From NCBI GenBank assembly GCA_965661085.1, contig CBFIDA010000005.1, positions 3,134 to 67,133 of the forward strand: 64,000 bases of DNA, written 5' to 3'. The translations under genes were made by a program, and so were the position numbers. This document shows, one piece after another, positions 10,165-19,565 of this stretch. Below the pieces are notes generated by a model. It was not told the origin of the DNA. It searched no databases and saw only the letters and a list, made by a program, of their open reading frames with translations. This stretch comes from Candidatus Comchoanobacterales bacterium (GTDB taxonomy: Bacteria; Pseudomonadota; Gammaproteobacteria; Comchoanobacterales; Comchoanobacteraceae). Numbering within the stretch: the stretch's first letter is position 1; each line of letters opens with the position of its first letter.

Positions 10165-12120
10165 TTAGGATTTTTTCTCATCGTCCACTTCTTCAAACTC
10201 TGCGTCCATGGTGTTTTGGTCTTGCGTGTTTGCGTCGGTTTGTGCTTGCGTGGCGTCTTGTGCGGCACCAGCTTGTGCGGCTTTTTCTGCCAAAGGTTGC
10301 ATCAGCGCAGAGAGTGCCTCAGATTTGGCTTCAATGTCTGCTTTGTCTTCGGTTTTAACAGCAGCTTTGAGGGCATCTATGGCGGACTGAATCTGAGTTT
10401 TTTCATCCTCTGATACTTGGTCGCCAGCTTCAGAAAGCGCTTTTTCTGAGGCATGCATCAAGGCATCTGCCTGATTGCGCACTTCAACAAGTTCTTTGAA
10501 AAGCTTATCTTCTTCAGCATGTTTTTCGCTGTCTTTGATCATTTTTTCAATGTCTTCATCACTCAATCCGCCAGCAGATTTGATGACGATGGATTGTTCT
10601 TTGTTGGTGTTTTTGTCTTTGGCAGACACATTCAAGATGCCGTTGGCATCGATGTCGAAGGTGACTTCGATTTGTGGCATGCCGCGTGGTGCAGACGGAA
10701 TGTCGGCCAAGTCAAAGCGCCCGAGCGATTTGTTGCCACCGGCGCGCTCACGTTCACCTTGCAACACATGAATGGTGACGGTGGTTTGATTGTTTTCTGC
10801 GGTTGAGAAAACCTGCTGAGCACGGGTTGGAATGGTGGTGTTTTTTTCGATGAGTTTGGTCATCACGCCGCCGAGGGTTTCAATGCCCAAAGACAAGGGT
10901 GTCACATCCAGCAATAAAATGTTGTTGGCCGTGCCAGACAAGACAGCGCCTTGTGCGGCTGCACCCATGGCAACGGCTTCATCTGGATTGACATCATGAC
11001 GTGGTTCTTTGTTGAAAAAGTTTTTCACGGCTTCACGCACTTTGGGCATTCGGGTTTGGCCCCCCACCAACAACACTTCGTCAATGTCTGAAAGGCTGAG
11101 GTCGGCATCGTCCAATGCGGTTTTACAAGGCACAATGCTGCGTTGAATGAGATCTTCAACCAAAGACTCCAATTTGCTGCGCGTGATTTTGACATTCAAA
11201 TGTTTGGGGCCAGATGCATCGGCAGTGATGTAAGGCAAATTCACTTCGGTTTGCTCGGTCGAAGACAATTCGATTTTTGCTTTTTCAGCGGCTTCTTTCA
11301 AACGTTGTAGGGCCAAAGTGTCTTGTGACAGGTCCACACCGCTGTCTTGTTTGAATTCGCTGACCAGATGGTCCAGTAGGCGTTTGTCAAAATCCTCACC
11401 GCCCAAAAAGGTGTCGCCGTTGGTGGCCAAGACCACAAATTGTTGATCGCCATCGATGTTGGCAATTTCAATGATTGAGATGTCGAAGGTGCCGCCCCCC
11501 AAATCATACACAGCAATTTTTTTGTCACCGTGGTTTTTGTCCATCCCATAGGACAGGGCTGCAGCCGTTGGCTCATTGATGATGCGTTTGACTTCTAACC
11601 CTGCAATACGGCCTGCATCTTTGGTGGCTTGACGTTGTTTTTCATTAAAGTACGCCGGTACAGTGATGACGGCGCTGGTAACCGGTTGGCCCAGATAGGC
11701 TTCGGCAGAAGCTTTCATTTCTTTCAAGATGATGGCGCCAAACTGTTCTGGAGACCACTGTTCTTCTTTACCATCTTTGGTGACCACAAAGCGGACATCG
11801 CCATTTTTGGCACTGGTGACCGCATAGTTGGCTTCCCAGTCTTGGGATTTATCGTTCAGCTCTTTTTTTTGCAATCCCATGAAACGTTTGGTGGCGTAAA
11901 AAGTGTTGGTGGGGTTGGTGATGGCTTGGTTTTTGGCAGCCTCACCCACAATGATCTTATCTTCTTTGGTGACGGCCACATACGATGGGGTGGTGCGTCG
12001 ACCTTTTGTGTTTTCAATGATTTTCAGCTTTTTGCCTTCCATGAAGGCCACTGCAGAGTTGGTGGTACCCAAATCGATACCGATGCAAATACCAGATTGT
12101 GAGGATGAAGACATGGTCAT
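10165..12120 (-). CDS. dnaK: molecular chaperone DnaK (Hsp70)
   Basis: [18 protein letters not shown] and [11 protein letters not shown] are Hsp70 signatures across the full-length 651 aa. Confidence 0.97.
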   Translation of the reverse strand: MTMSSSSQSGICIGIDLGTTNSAVAFMEGKKLKIIENTKGRRTTPSYVAVTKEDKIIVGEAAKNQAITNPTNTFYATKRFMGLQKKELNDKSQDWEANYAVTSAKNGDVRFVVTKDGKEEQWSPEQFGAIILKEMKASAEAYLGQPVTSAVITVPAYFNEKQRQATKDAGRIAGLEVKRIINEPTAAALSYGMDKNHGDKKIAVYDLGGGTFDISIIEIANIDGDQQFVVLATNGDTFLGGEDFDKRLLDHLVSEFKQDSGVDLSQDTLALQRLKEAAEKAKIELSSTEQTEVNLPYITADASGPKHLNVKITRSKLESLVEDLIQRSIVPCKTALDDADLSLSDIDEVLLVGGQTRMPKVREAVKNFFNKEPRHDVNPDEAVAMGAAAQGAVLSGTANNILLLDVTPLSLGIETLGGVMTKLIEKNTTIPTRAQQVFSTAENNQTTVTIHVLQGERERAGGNKSLGRFDLADIPSAPRGMPQIEVTFDIDANGILNVSAKDKNTNKEQSIVIKSAGGLSDEDIEKMIKDSEKHAEEDKLFKELVEVRNQADALMHASEKALSEAGDQVSEDEKTQIQSAIDALKAAVKTEDKADIEAKSEALSALMQPLAEKAAQAGAAQDATQAQTDANTQDQNTMDAEFEEVDDEKKS

Positions 12121-12175
12121 AGACTCCTGATTTGAATTTTAAACATTTGGCGATCATGTGATGGCGCAAACATCA

Positions 12176-12204
12176 GTTTGGGGTGCTTTTGACAATTTAA
12201 AGGG
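12176..12204 (-). promoter_or_regulatory. candidate sigma-32 heat-shock promoter of dnaK
   Basis: The minus strand reads CCCTTTAAA-(12 nt)-CCCCAAAC about 55 nt upstream of the dnaK ATG. This resembles the CCCTTGAA-N13-CCCCATnT consensus. Confidence 0.4.
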
Positions 12205-12211
12205 GGGCGCC

Positions 12212-12565
12212 TTAATTTTTTGTTTTGTTGGTGTCATGTTGGCAAGCCGTTGTTTGACAGCGTAACCATTGGTGCATGCCACCATCCAGCCCATATGTCT
12301 CGGCAAATCCCCAAGCCATGATCATGTCGCTGAACCGCCGGCTGCGTCCCCCGGCAGCACAATAGACAAAAGCGGTGGTGTTTTTGGGGATGTCGATGTC
12401 GGTTGGCATGGTGCTGCATGGCACATGGTGGCTGCCAGGGATGTGCTGACAGTCGTACTCTTCTTGCTCGCGTATGTCGATCAAAACATAATCTTTGCCG
12501 TAGATGGCGTTGGGATTGGCTTGAAGCCATTGTGATAAAGCATGGTCATCAAAGTGGGTTGGCAT
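12212..12565 (-). CDS. rhodanese-domain sulfurtransferase
   Basis: VLIDIREQEEYDCQHIPGSHHVP...VYCAAGGRSRR is the rhodanese active-site loop CxxGxR. AGGAGA precedes ATG 12565. The longer tracked ORF extension is discarded. Confidence 0.8.
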   Translation of the reverse strand: MPTHFDDHALSQWLQANPNAIYGKDYVLIDIREQEEYDCQHIPGSHHVPCSTMPTDIDIPKNTTAFVYCAAGGRSRRFSDMIMAWGFAETYGLDGGMHQWLRCQTTACQHDTNKTKN

Positions 12566-12695
12566 ATGAATCTCCTGGCAGCCTCGATGCGTACATGTTA
12601 GCGCATCTGACAATCGTTGTGAAAGGGTGAGGGCAGCAAAAGCATTGCCATCGGAAGTGTTTTTCTGGTTAAATGGGTGCACATGGCAATCAAGG

Positions 12696-13229
12696 ATGTT
12701 TATGTCGTTTTTTTTGGGCCAAAACATTGCGCCAAGGCAGTGGGCGCAGATGATGTTGTTGGTCACTTTGATCATGTTGGTGGTCAGTGTCTATCTGCAA
12801 CAGGTCATGGGGCTTTTGCCTTGTATGATTTGTGAGCTTCAGCGTTACCTTTTGGTGCCACTGGCCTTGGTGTTTGCCATGCAGTGTTGGATGCAGCCAT
12901 GTTCGTCAAGCCGCCGCACCGTACAATTTTTGGCTTTGGTGTTGATTCTGATGGAACTTTGCTTATCAGCAAGGCATCTGTCTTTGTTGTATTTTTCCAG
13001 TCCGGACGCTGGCATGCAAGCGTGTTTGCCTGGTTTGGTGACGTATGCGCACAATGCCAGTTGGCTGCAGGCAATCTCTGTGGCATTGCAAGGTTCTGGT
13101 GAAGGCTGCCGTCAAATCACTTGGCGTTTCTTGATGCTCAGTTTGCCAGAGTGGACCGCCATGGCCATGATGGGTCTGTTGGCGTTGTGGTGCTTGGAGC
13201 GCCGTGCCATGCGATTGTCCGATGCATGA
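12696..13229 (+). CDS. dsbB: disulfide bond formation protein B
   Basis: The protein has four hydrophobic segments. PCMICELQRY is the first-loop CxxC, and a second Cys pair lies in the later loop. Confidence 0.8.
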   Translation: MFMSFFLGQNIAPRQWAQMMLLVTLIMLVVSVYLQQVMGLLPCMICELQRYLLVPLALVFAMQCWMQPCSSSRRTVQFLALVLILMELCLSARHLSLLYFSSPDAGMQACLPGLVTYAHNASWLQAISVALQGSGEGCRQITWRFLMLSLPEWTAMAMMGLLALWCLERRAMRLSDA

Positions 13230-13266
13230 TGCCTGCATCGATCAGGGCACAGCATGCGATGCTCGG

Positions 13267-14025
13267 TCATGTTTTTGGGCGATGATGTCGATGTTGTTGC
13301 CAAACACCAGGTTTTGTTGGTCTGCTGATTTTGGCGTCTTGAGCCGCGTGTCTGGATCTTTTGGCGGAGGGTATGTCGCCATTCAAACGACGTTTATGGC
13401 CTGCGTGGCGTGTTTTTGGTTTTGAAACAAAGTTTTCTATTATGTTGCTGAATGTCTTTAGGAAGGCTGGTTTCAAGGGGCTGGTCGGTGTGATCAATTT
13501 GTTGGATCGGTTTTTTGATGCGGGTGATGACGCTTTCATGTCATGTTTTAAAAAAGCAGAACCAAAGGCCGCCGTGCCTGGAGTAACAATGGATCCAGAG
13601 GTGGTTGGGTTGGCTGCGATTTGACTGCTGCGTTGCGAGAAAGCAGAGCCGATGAAATGTTTTGTCAAGTTTGTGGGTGGTACAATTGTTTTGAACAATG
13701 CTCCAGGAGCACAACGTTGTGCAATGGGCTTTGAAGGCTTCGTTTCTTGTGGCGTCACAGTGGTTCGGGTGGCAGCATGTGACTGTGTTTTAGGCGCACA
13801 GTTGATGGGCAGAAACAGTCCTGCGAGTTGTCGTGTGACTTGATTTAGGTCGGCGTATCCCTTTGGTTTGCGCGTTTTGTCCCAAGTTTTTTCCTCCTCG
13901 CTGGTATGGCTGCTTGATTCGGAGTCGCTGGTATCGTCGTCTGAGTCGCAGACAGGGCGTGCACAGCGTATGATGTTGAAAGCGGGCTCGGTGGGCTGGA
14001 CTTCTAAAGGGGTGAATGTGGGCAT
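13267..14025 (-). CDS. orphan low-complexity (Ser/Thr/Pro/Lys-rich) protein with NLS-like basic motif
   Basis: GGAG precedes ATG 14025. The 252-aa frame stays open through low-complexity sequence. Features include the acidic cluster DSDDDTSDSESSSHTSEEE, two GSAF motifs and KRRLNGDIPSAKRSR. I recognise no homolog. Confidence 0.6.
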   Translation of the reverse strand: MPTFTPLEVQPTEPAFNIIRCARPVCDSDDDTSDSESSSHTSEEEKTWDKTRKPKGYADLNQVTRQLAGLFLPINCAPKTQSHAATRTTVTPQETKPSKPIAQRCAPGALFKTIVPPTNLTKHFIGSAFSQRSSQIAANPTTSGSIVTPGTAAFGSAFLKHDMKASSPASKNRSNKLITPTSPLKPAFLKTFSNIIENFVSKPKTRHAGHKRRLNGDIPSAKRSRHAAQDAKISRPTKPGVWQQHRHHRPKT

Positions 14026-14198
14026 GATGTACTCCGTTTTGTTTTTTATAATGTTTTTTTTGTTTGGCTGCCTTAAGGCTTGATGAAGTTTCGCTACAAT
14101 AATGTGATTTTTGCGCACATCGCTTTTTGGGCGAAAGGGTTAAAAAAAACATTGATCTTCGTGCGTGTACACAGTAATATGTGTGCTCGAGCTGATGT

Positions 14199-14274
14199 GG
14201 GCCGTTAGCTCAGCCGGTAGAGCATCGGGCTTTTAACCCGCTGGTCGTGCGTTCGAATCGCACACGGCCCACCA
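14199..14274 (+). tRNA. tRNA-Lys (anticodon UUU)
   Basis: The sequence folds as a cloverleaf: acceptor GGGCCGT/ACGGCCC, D arm GCTC/GAGC, anticodon loop CTTTTAA, T arm GTGCG-TTCGAAT-CGCAC, and an encoded CCA. Confidence 0.93.
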
Positions 14275-14290
14275 CTTTTTGGAGCGTCAC

Positions 14291-15389
14291 GTGGAAAGTT
14301 TGGCTTTTTATTTGAATGAGATCAAAACCATGCAGGCACGCTTCGATGAACTCTGGAGATGTCTTTGACCTTGATGCCATTCAAGTCAAATTGACAGCCC
14401 TGTTGCAACAGCTTGAAGACCCTGAACTTTGGCAAAACCCAGATCGCGCACGACAACTGGCGGTTGAGAAAACACCGCTTGAAGCATTGGTGCAACAAGC
14501 CACTGCCATCCAACAGCAATTGCAAGATTTGCCCATGATGTTTGAATTGGCCGATGATGAACAGGACCAAGGGCTTTTTGCGCAGTGTGTCGATGATTTG
14601 GGTGTTTTGCAAAAATCTTTGGCGCGTTTTGAATTTGCACAGATGTTCACAGGTGAGCATGATGGCGACGATGCCTATTTGGACATACAGGCTGGCTCAG
14701 GGGGCACCGAGGCACAAGACTGGGCCAACATGCTGATGCGCATGTACATGCGTTGGGCTGAACATGAGGGCTTTGCTACAGAGATCATGGCGTTGTCTTC
14801 AGGTGAAGTGGCAGGCATCAAAAGTGTGACCATCAAGGTTGCTGGACCTCAAGCATTCGGTTGGTTGCGTACCGAAACTGGTGTGCATCGGTTGGTGCGC
14901 AAATCCCCTTTTGACAGCGGCAATCGCCGTCACACTTCCTTTGCAGCCGTGTTTGTCAGCCCAATCATTTCGGACGATGTGGAGATCGACATCAACCCAT
15001 CTGATTTACGCATTGACACCTATCGTGCCAGTGGGGCAGGTGGGCAGCACGTCAACACAACAGATTCTGCGGTACGCATCACCCACGTGCCAACAGGCAT
15101 TGTGGTCCAGTGTCAAAACGATCGCTCACAACATAAAAATAAAGCACAGGCCATGAAACAATTGCGATCGCGTCTTTATCAGCATGAAATGTCACAACGT
15201 TTGGCATCACAGCAAGAGAGAGAAGCCACCAAATCAGACATTTCCTGGGGCAATCAAATTCGGTCATACGTTTTGGATGCGTCGCGTATCAAAGATTTGC
15301 GTACAGGGGTCGAAAAGACCAACACCCAGGCTGTTTTGGATGGGGACCTCAATGATTTCATTGAGGCCAGTTTGCGCGAAGGCGTTTGA
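14291..15389 (+). CDS. prfB: peptide chain release factor 2 (programmed +1 frameshift at 14366)
   Basis: Frame 0 from GTG 14291 reads [25 protein letters not shown] and then TGA. The +1 frame continues DLDAIQVKL... through the SPF and GGQ (GAGGQHVN) motifs. Confidence 0.93.
14355..14369 (+). promoter_or_regulatory. prfB frameshift site (internal SD-like GGAG + CTT TGA C)
   Basis: The sequence is GGAGATGT CTT TGA C, which is the same architecture as the E. coli prfB autoregulatory site. Confidence 0.88.
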
Positions 15390-15485
15390 TGATCTCGGTG
15401 TTGTTGGGTTGAAAATCCGTCCTGAATTGTGGCATGATGTAGCCCACGCCATGGTGGGTGGCAAATCACTTGATAAGGGCCTTTT

Positions 15486-16985
15486 ATGACAGAAGCATCC
15501 TCTACAGAATCTTTGGCAGAACAATTGCAGCGTCGTCGAGACAAATTGACCGAGTGGCGTGCGGCCATGCCCGCATACCCCAATGGTGTTCGGCCCAGTC
15601 ATACAGCGGCTGCTTTGCATGCGACGTATGCATCGGCAACCAAAGCAGATCTCGAAGCAACGCCTGTTCAGGTGCGTGTTGCAGGGCGCATCATGATGCG
15701 TCGTATGATGGGCAAAGCGAGTTTTGTTCAATTGCAGGACGGTGATGCGCACATTCAATTGTATGTGCGCACGCAAGAATTGGGGGCAGCGCAGTATGAT
15801 GTTTTCAAACAATGGGATTTGGGCGACATCGTGTATGCAGAAGGTCATCTTTTTCGAACCAAAACGGGCGAGTTGAGCGTTTGGTGTCAGCAAGTGACTT
15901 TGTTGACCAAGGCTTTGCACCCATTGCCCGACAAATACCATGGTTTGCAAGACGTTGAAGCCCGTTACCGCCAACGTTATTTGGATCTGATGAGCAATCC
16001 TGAGACGCTGTCCATCATGAAAATGCGCAGCGACATTGTGCGTTTGGTGCGGGCTTTTTTTCATGAGCATGATTTCACAGAAGTTGAAACGCCCATGATG
16101 CAGCGCATGCCAGGTGGCGCCAGTGCCCGACCCTTTTCAACCCATCTGAACGCATTGGATCTGCCAATGTATTTGCGTATTGCGCCTGAATTGTATCTCA
16201 AACGATTGGTGGTTGGTGGCATGCACCGTGTGTTTGAGTTGAACCGCAACTTTCGCAATGAAGGCATGTCAACGCGTCACAATCCTGAGTTCACCATGGT
16301 GGAATTCTATCAGGCCTATGCGACGTACCATGATATGATGGATTTGACCGAGGCATTGTTTGACAGGTTGCTCACCACATTGTTTGCAACCAAAACATTG
16401 ACTTATGGTGCAGATGAGATTGATTTTTCAACATTCAGACGTGTCGGTTTGGCCGAAATACTCATCGAAACCCATGCGGCCTTGGATGCCAAAAACATTC
16501 GTGATCGTGCTGCATTGATGGCGGTGGCTGAAACAATCGATTTGGTTGTGGCGCCCAGTTGGGGTGTGGGCAAAATCCAGTTGGAAATTTTTGAAAAGAC
16601 CATTGAAAAAACATTGATCCAGCCAACTTTCATCACCGATTATCCACAGGAGGTGTCGCCTTTGGCGCGTGCTTCAGATGATGATCCATTTCTGACCGAT
16701 CGATTTGAGCTGTTCATTGCAGGGCGTGAATTGGCCAATGGGTTTTCTGAACTCAATGATCCCGAAGATCAATCGGAACGGTTTCGTCAGCAGGTTGCCA
16801 TGCATGAGGCGGGTGACGATGAAGCGATGTTGTACGATGCCGACTTTGTCACGGCACTTGAATACGGCATGCCGCCGACCGCGGGTCAGGGCATCGGCAT
16901 CGACCGATTGGTGATGTTGTTGACCAATACGCATACCATTCGTGATGTGATTTTATTCCCCATGATGCGTCCAGCGTCAGCGTGA
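15486..16985 (+). CDS. lysS: lysine--tRNA ligase (class II)
   Basis: It has an OB-fold N-terminus and class II motifs (FRNEG, ELANGFSELND, GIGIDRLVMLL). It follows prfB, as in E. coli. Confidence 0.96.
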   Translation: MTEASSTESLAEQLQRRRDKLTEWRAAMPAYPNGVRPSHTAAALHATYASATKADLEATPVQVRVAGRIMMRRMMGKASFVQLQDGDAHIQLYVRTQELGAAQYDVFKQWDLGDIVYAEGHLFRTKTGELSVWCQQVTLLTKALHPLPDKYHGLQDVEARYRQRYLDLMSNPETLSIMKMRSDIVRLVRAFFHEHDFTEVETPMMQRMPGGASARPFSTHLNALDLPMYLRIAPELYLKRLVVGGMHRVFELNRNFRNEGMSTRHNPEFTMVEFYQAYATYHDMMDLTEALFDRLLTTLFATKTLTYGADEIDFSTFRRVGLAEILIETHAALDAKNIRDRAALMAVAETIDLVVAPSWGVGKIQLEIFEKTIEKTLIQPTFITDYPQEVSPLARASDDDPFLTDRFELFIAGRELANGFSELNDPEDQSERFRQQVAMHEAGDDEAMLYDADFVTALEYGMPPTAGQGIGIDRLVMLLTNTHTIRDVILFPMMRPASA

Positions 16986-17014
16986 TGCGGTAGACACGAT
17001 CGATGGTCCAACCC

Positions 17015-17884
17015 TCAAACGTTGAGCGTGTACGGTGACGCCTGAAGCGCGACCATGTGCTCACCTATGGTCCAAGATGCATCAGGATCGTTGCATGCCA
17101 CGTGTTGGACCACAGCCTGGGTCCATCCGTGGTGGGCATCATTTTGGTGTGCCACCACGTCACCAACACGTGTGCCGTCTTGAGTGATGCTGTCACCAGG
17201 CCTGACATCCATGGGGCAGGTGCTTTTAAAATGACACAGCACGCGTTTGCGTTTGCCCAGATGTTGGGTGCGTGCAACGATTTCTTGGCCCAAAAAACAT
17301 CCCTTTTTAAAATCAACCATGTTGAGTTCGATGGCATTGAGCATTTGGGGCGTCCATGTTTGCATTTGACTCGCATCCAGCCATGGTATGCCTTGTTGAA
17401 TGCACTGCAGTTGCCAGGCTTGATCGTTCAGCCACATGGCATCGGCATGGGGCAGGGATGGGGGCTGGGTGTGTTTGGTTAAGATCAGTTGTAGAGCGCT
17501 GTGGTCAAACAAAGACAAAACCAATGTGTCTTCTGGCCCGACGGTGCATGCTTGAGGGGTGGGCGCTTGAGTTTTCATGCCCCATACATGACATGATGTC
17601 ATGCTTCTTAATGTGATGCGGGACAACTTTGCCACCAAAGCCATGGCGGTTTGCCAGGCATCATGATGAGCTTTGGGCATCAGCAACACCAGATCATCCT
17701 GCCATTTGGCCACCCAGCCCATAGTGATCACCCTGCCTTTGTTGTTACAGTGACAAAATGGCACCGCAACCGTATCGGTCACGCGATGGACGTCGGCAGT
17801 CAATTGACCCTGTAAAAAACGCGTGCGTTGTGCACCTTCGACGGTGACGATACACCAGAGGTTTGATGGGGTGGAGGGTGTCAT
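17015..17884 (-). CDS. ygfZ: folate-binding tRNA-modification / Fe-S repair protein YgfZ
   Basis: FLQGQLTADV and the KGCFLGQEIVAR signature are present. The start overlaps the bioC stop (ATGA). Confidence 0.85.
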   Translation of the reverse strand: MTPSTPSNLWCIVTVEGAQRTRFLQGQLTADVHRVTDTVAVPFCHCNNKGRVITMGWVAKWQDDLVLLMPKAHHDAWQTAMALVAKLSRITLRSMTSCHVWGMKTQAPTPQACTVGPEDTLVLSLFDHSALQLILTKHTQPPSLPHADAMWLNDQAWQLQCIQQGIPWLDASQMQTWTPQMLNAIELNMVDFKKGCFLGQEIVARTQHLGKRKRVLCHFKSTCPMDVRPGDSITQDGTRVGDVVAHQNDAHHGWTQAVVQHVACNDPDASWTIGEHMVALQASPYTLNV

Positions 17885-18750
17885 GGTGTATTCCGTTTGG
17901 GTCGTTGAATGCTGTCAATGGGCACCGAGATCGTTTCGGGAGGGCGATCTGTGCCACGTAGAGCCCGCAAACAGATGGCATGATAGGTGGCCACATATTT
18001 GCCATCGCTGTTTTTGGGATAAGCGTTCAGACATCTTTGCCACATGTTTGGGGTGGTCAAACCAAGCGCTTGATGTGTGGATTGTACCGTGCTGGCGCCA
18101 ATGTTTTTCAAATCCAAAAACACATGTTGGGGGGATGTGTGGTGTTGCTGCAGCCATGTTTGCTGCAGCACCGGTTGTTGCCAGCCCAAGCGTTGCAATT
18201 GATCACCCAGCTGGTGTATGTCGTGAAACCGATTGATGTGGTGCGCGCGATCGATGGCAGACAACGCCATTTTTGCTTCATGCAAGGTGTCGGTGCCCAA
18301 GGTGGAGACATAGAGGCGCCCACCAGGTTTGAGCACACGCCAACATTCTTCCAGCAGTGGAGTAGGGGTCGGCAACCATTGCAGCATCAGGTTGCTACAA
18401 ATCATGTCCATGCTTTGATCGGCAAAGGGCAATTGTTGTGCATCGGCTTGTAGGGCGGGGGCATGCACTTGGGCGCGTTGGACCATGGGCAGGGCAATGT
18501 CAAGCGCCACACACAGGGCATTTGGAAAATGTGTTGTGAGGTGCTGGGTCATACAGCCAGTGCCTGCGCCCAGGTCCAAGATCTGTGCTGGTTTGGGATC
18601 ATGGTCGAGCATGTCTGCCAGTGATTGACTCACATGCTGTTGTATGATGGCATGCCGATCATAGTGATGGGCATGTTTGCTGAAAGCACGTTGAATGTTG
18701 TGGCGCTTGGTCATGATCAAAGCAATGGCTGTAGATGATTGGTGTTGCAT
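17881..18750 (-). CDS. bioC: malonyl-ACP O-methyltransferase (BioC-like class I SAM methyltransferase)
   Basis: IQRAFSKHAHHYDRHAIIQQ, ILDLGAGTG, SNLMLQW, NRF and LKNIGAS are colinear with E. coli BioC. Confidence 0.75.
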   Translation of the reverse strand: MQHQSSTAIALIMTKRHNIQRAFSKHAHHYDRHAIIQQHVSQSLADMLDHDPKPAQILDLGAGTGCMTQHLTTHFPNALCVALDIALPMVQRAQVHAPALQADAQQLPFADQSMDMICSNLMLQWLPTPTPLLEECWRVLKPGGRLYVSTLGTDTLHEAKMALSAIDRAHHINRFHDIHQLGDQLQRLGWQQPVLQQTWLQQHHTSPQHVFLDLKNIGASTVQSTHQALGLTTPNMWQRCLNAYPKNSDGKYVATYHAICLRALRGTDRPPETISVPIDSIQRPKRNTP

Positions 18751-18886
18751 GATCCATAAAAGATCAGAAATTCAAGCATAACATGTTGTGTCATCAAGAT
18801 GCCAGTGTTGCCATGGTCACGTGAAGCCATTGCAGTTGAAGGAGGCTTGACTTACACTATGAACATTCAATTGCAGGAGCATCGTC

Positions 18887-19558
18887 ATGGCCCAACCGCC
18901 CAAAGTTCAACACAAAAATTTTTGGGATCAAGCTGACATGCAGGGGGCGTTGACGCGACCTGTGTCGCAAGAAGACATCGATATGTTACGGGCACAATGG
19001 CCGTTTTTGGAGCTCATCAGTTGGCGTGATGCGGTGCCAACCGATGAGGGCGATGCTCCCACCCTTGAATCCTTGGCCATTCCTGAAGGCAACCAAGCCT
19101 CGCCCTGTTTGCTGCATGCTGAGGGTTCTGGTTGGCCCATTCAGTATTGGGTGGGCAATGCAGACTATGCCACCACCATGAGCAGTTCGACCGGTCAACA
19201 CGTGTTTGGTGGCAAAGATGATGCAGCTCAGGGTCAAGGCACCACGTCGGCGCAGGCTTTTGCCACAGCGGTGGCCATGATAAAATTGGCCAAAACACAA
19301 AGTTGGCCAGGCGTCCAAATCTTATCGGGTAGTGAAAACATGGCCTGGGCCGCCTGGGCCGCATGTGAAGCCATGAATCTGCCATGCATGGGCTACACGC
19401 CCAATCCTGAGGCCTATGCGCGCGCCGAACGTGTACAGCATCTCATCGATGCGCAGTCCATGTCAGCTGCTCCCGCAAAGGCCATGGGGCCAGGTGGTTT
19501 TGCTTCTTCTGTTCAGGTGGATGTCTTTGGTGAAACGCCAAGTGATGCAGCCGAGTGA
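18887..19558 (+). CDS. orphan protein, unknown function
   Basis: AGGAG precedes ATG 18887. The 223-aa frame has core-like composition. I recognise no motif. Confidence 0.6.
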   Translation: MAQPPKVQHKNFWDQADMQGALTRPVSQEDIDMLRAQWPFLELISWRDAVPTDEGDAPTLESLAIPEGNQASPCLLHAEGSGWPIQYWVGNADYATTMSSSTGQHVFGGKDDAAQGQGTTSAQAFATAVAMIKLAKTQSWPGVQILSGSENMAWAAWAACEAMNLPCMGYTPNPEAYARAERVQHLIDAQSMSAAPAKAMGPGGFASSVQVDVFGETPSDAAE

Positions 19559-19565
19559 GCAGTCG

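Noticed and set aside
12566-12775. The upstream 70 codons of the rhodanese ORF.
   Set aside because: There is no rhodanese homology and the stretch would invade the divergent dsbB promoter region. An internal ATG with an AGGAGA RBS fits better.
13267-14290. A tRNA-Lys-associated genomic island or integrated element.
   Set aside because: No integrase, no direct repeat of the tRNA 3' end and no other mobility gene was seen. The orphan gene lies on the 5' side of the tRNA. Only one accessory-looking gene is present.
14316-14366. ATG 14316 as the prfB start (the tracked 357-aa ORF).
   Set aside because: The peptide [17 protein letters not shown] has no RF2 counterpart. The frame-0 leader plus CTT TGA C site explains the region better.
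15264-16070. A 268-aa ORF on the minus strand.
   Set aside because: It lies entirely antisense to the well-supported prfB 3' end and lysS. The translation is Cys/His/Arg-rich with no motif. It is a typical shadow ORF.
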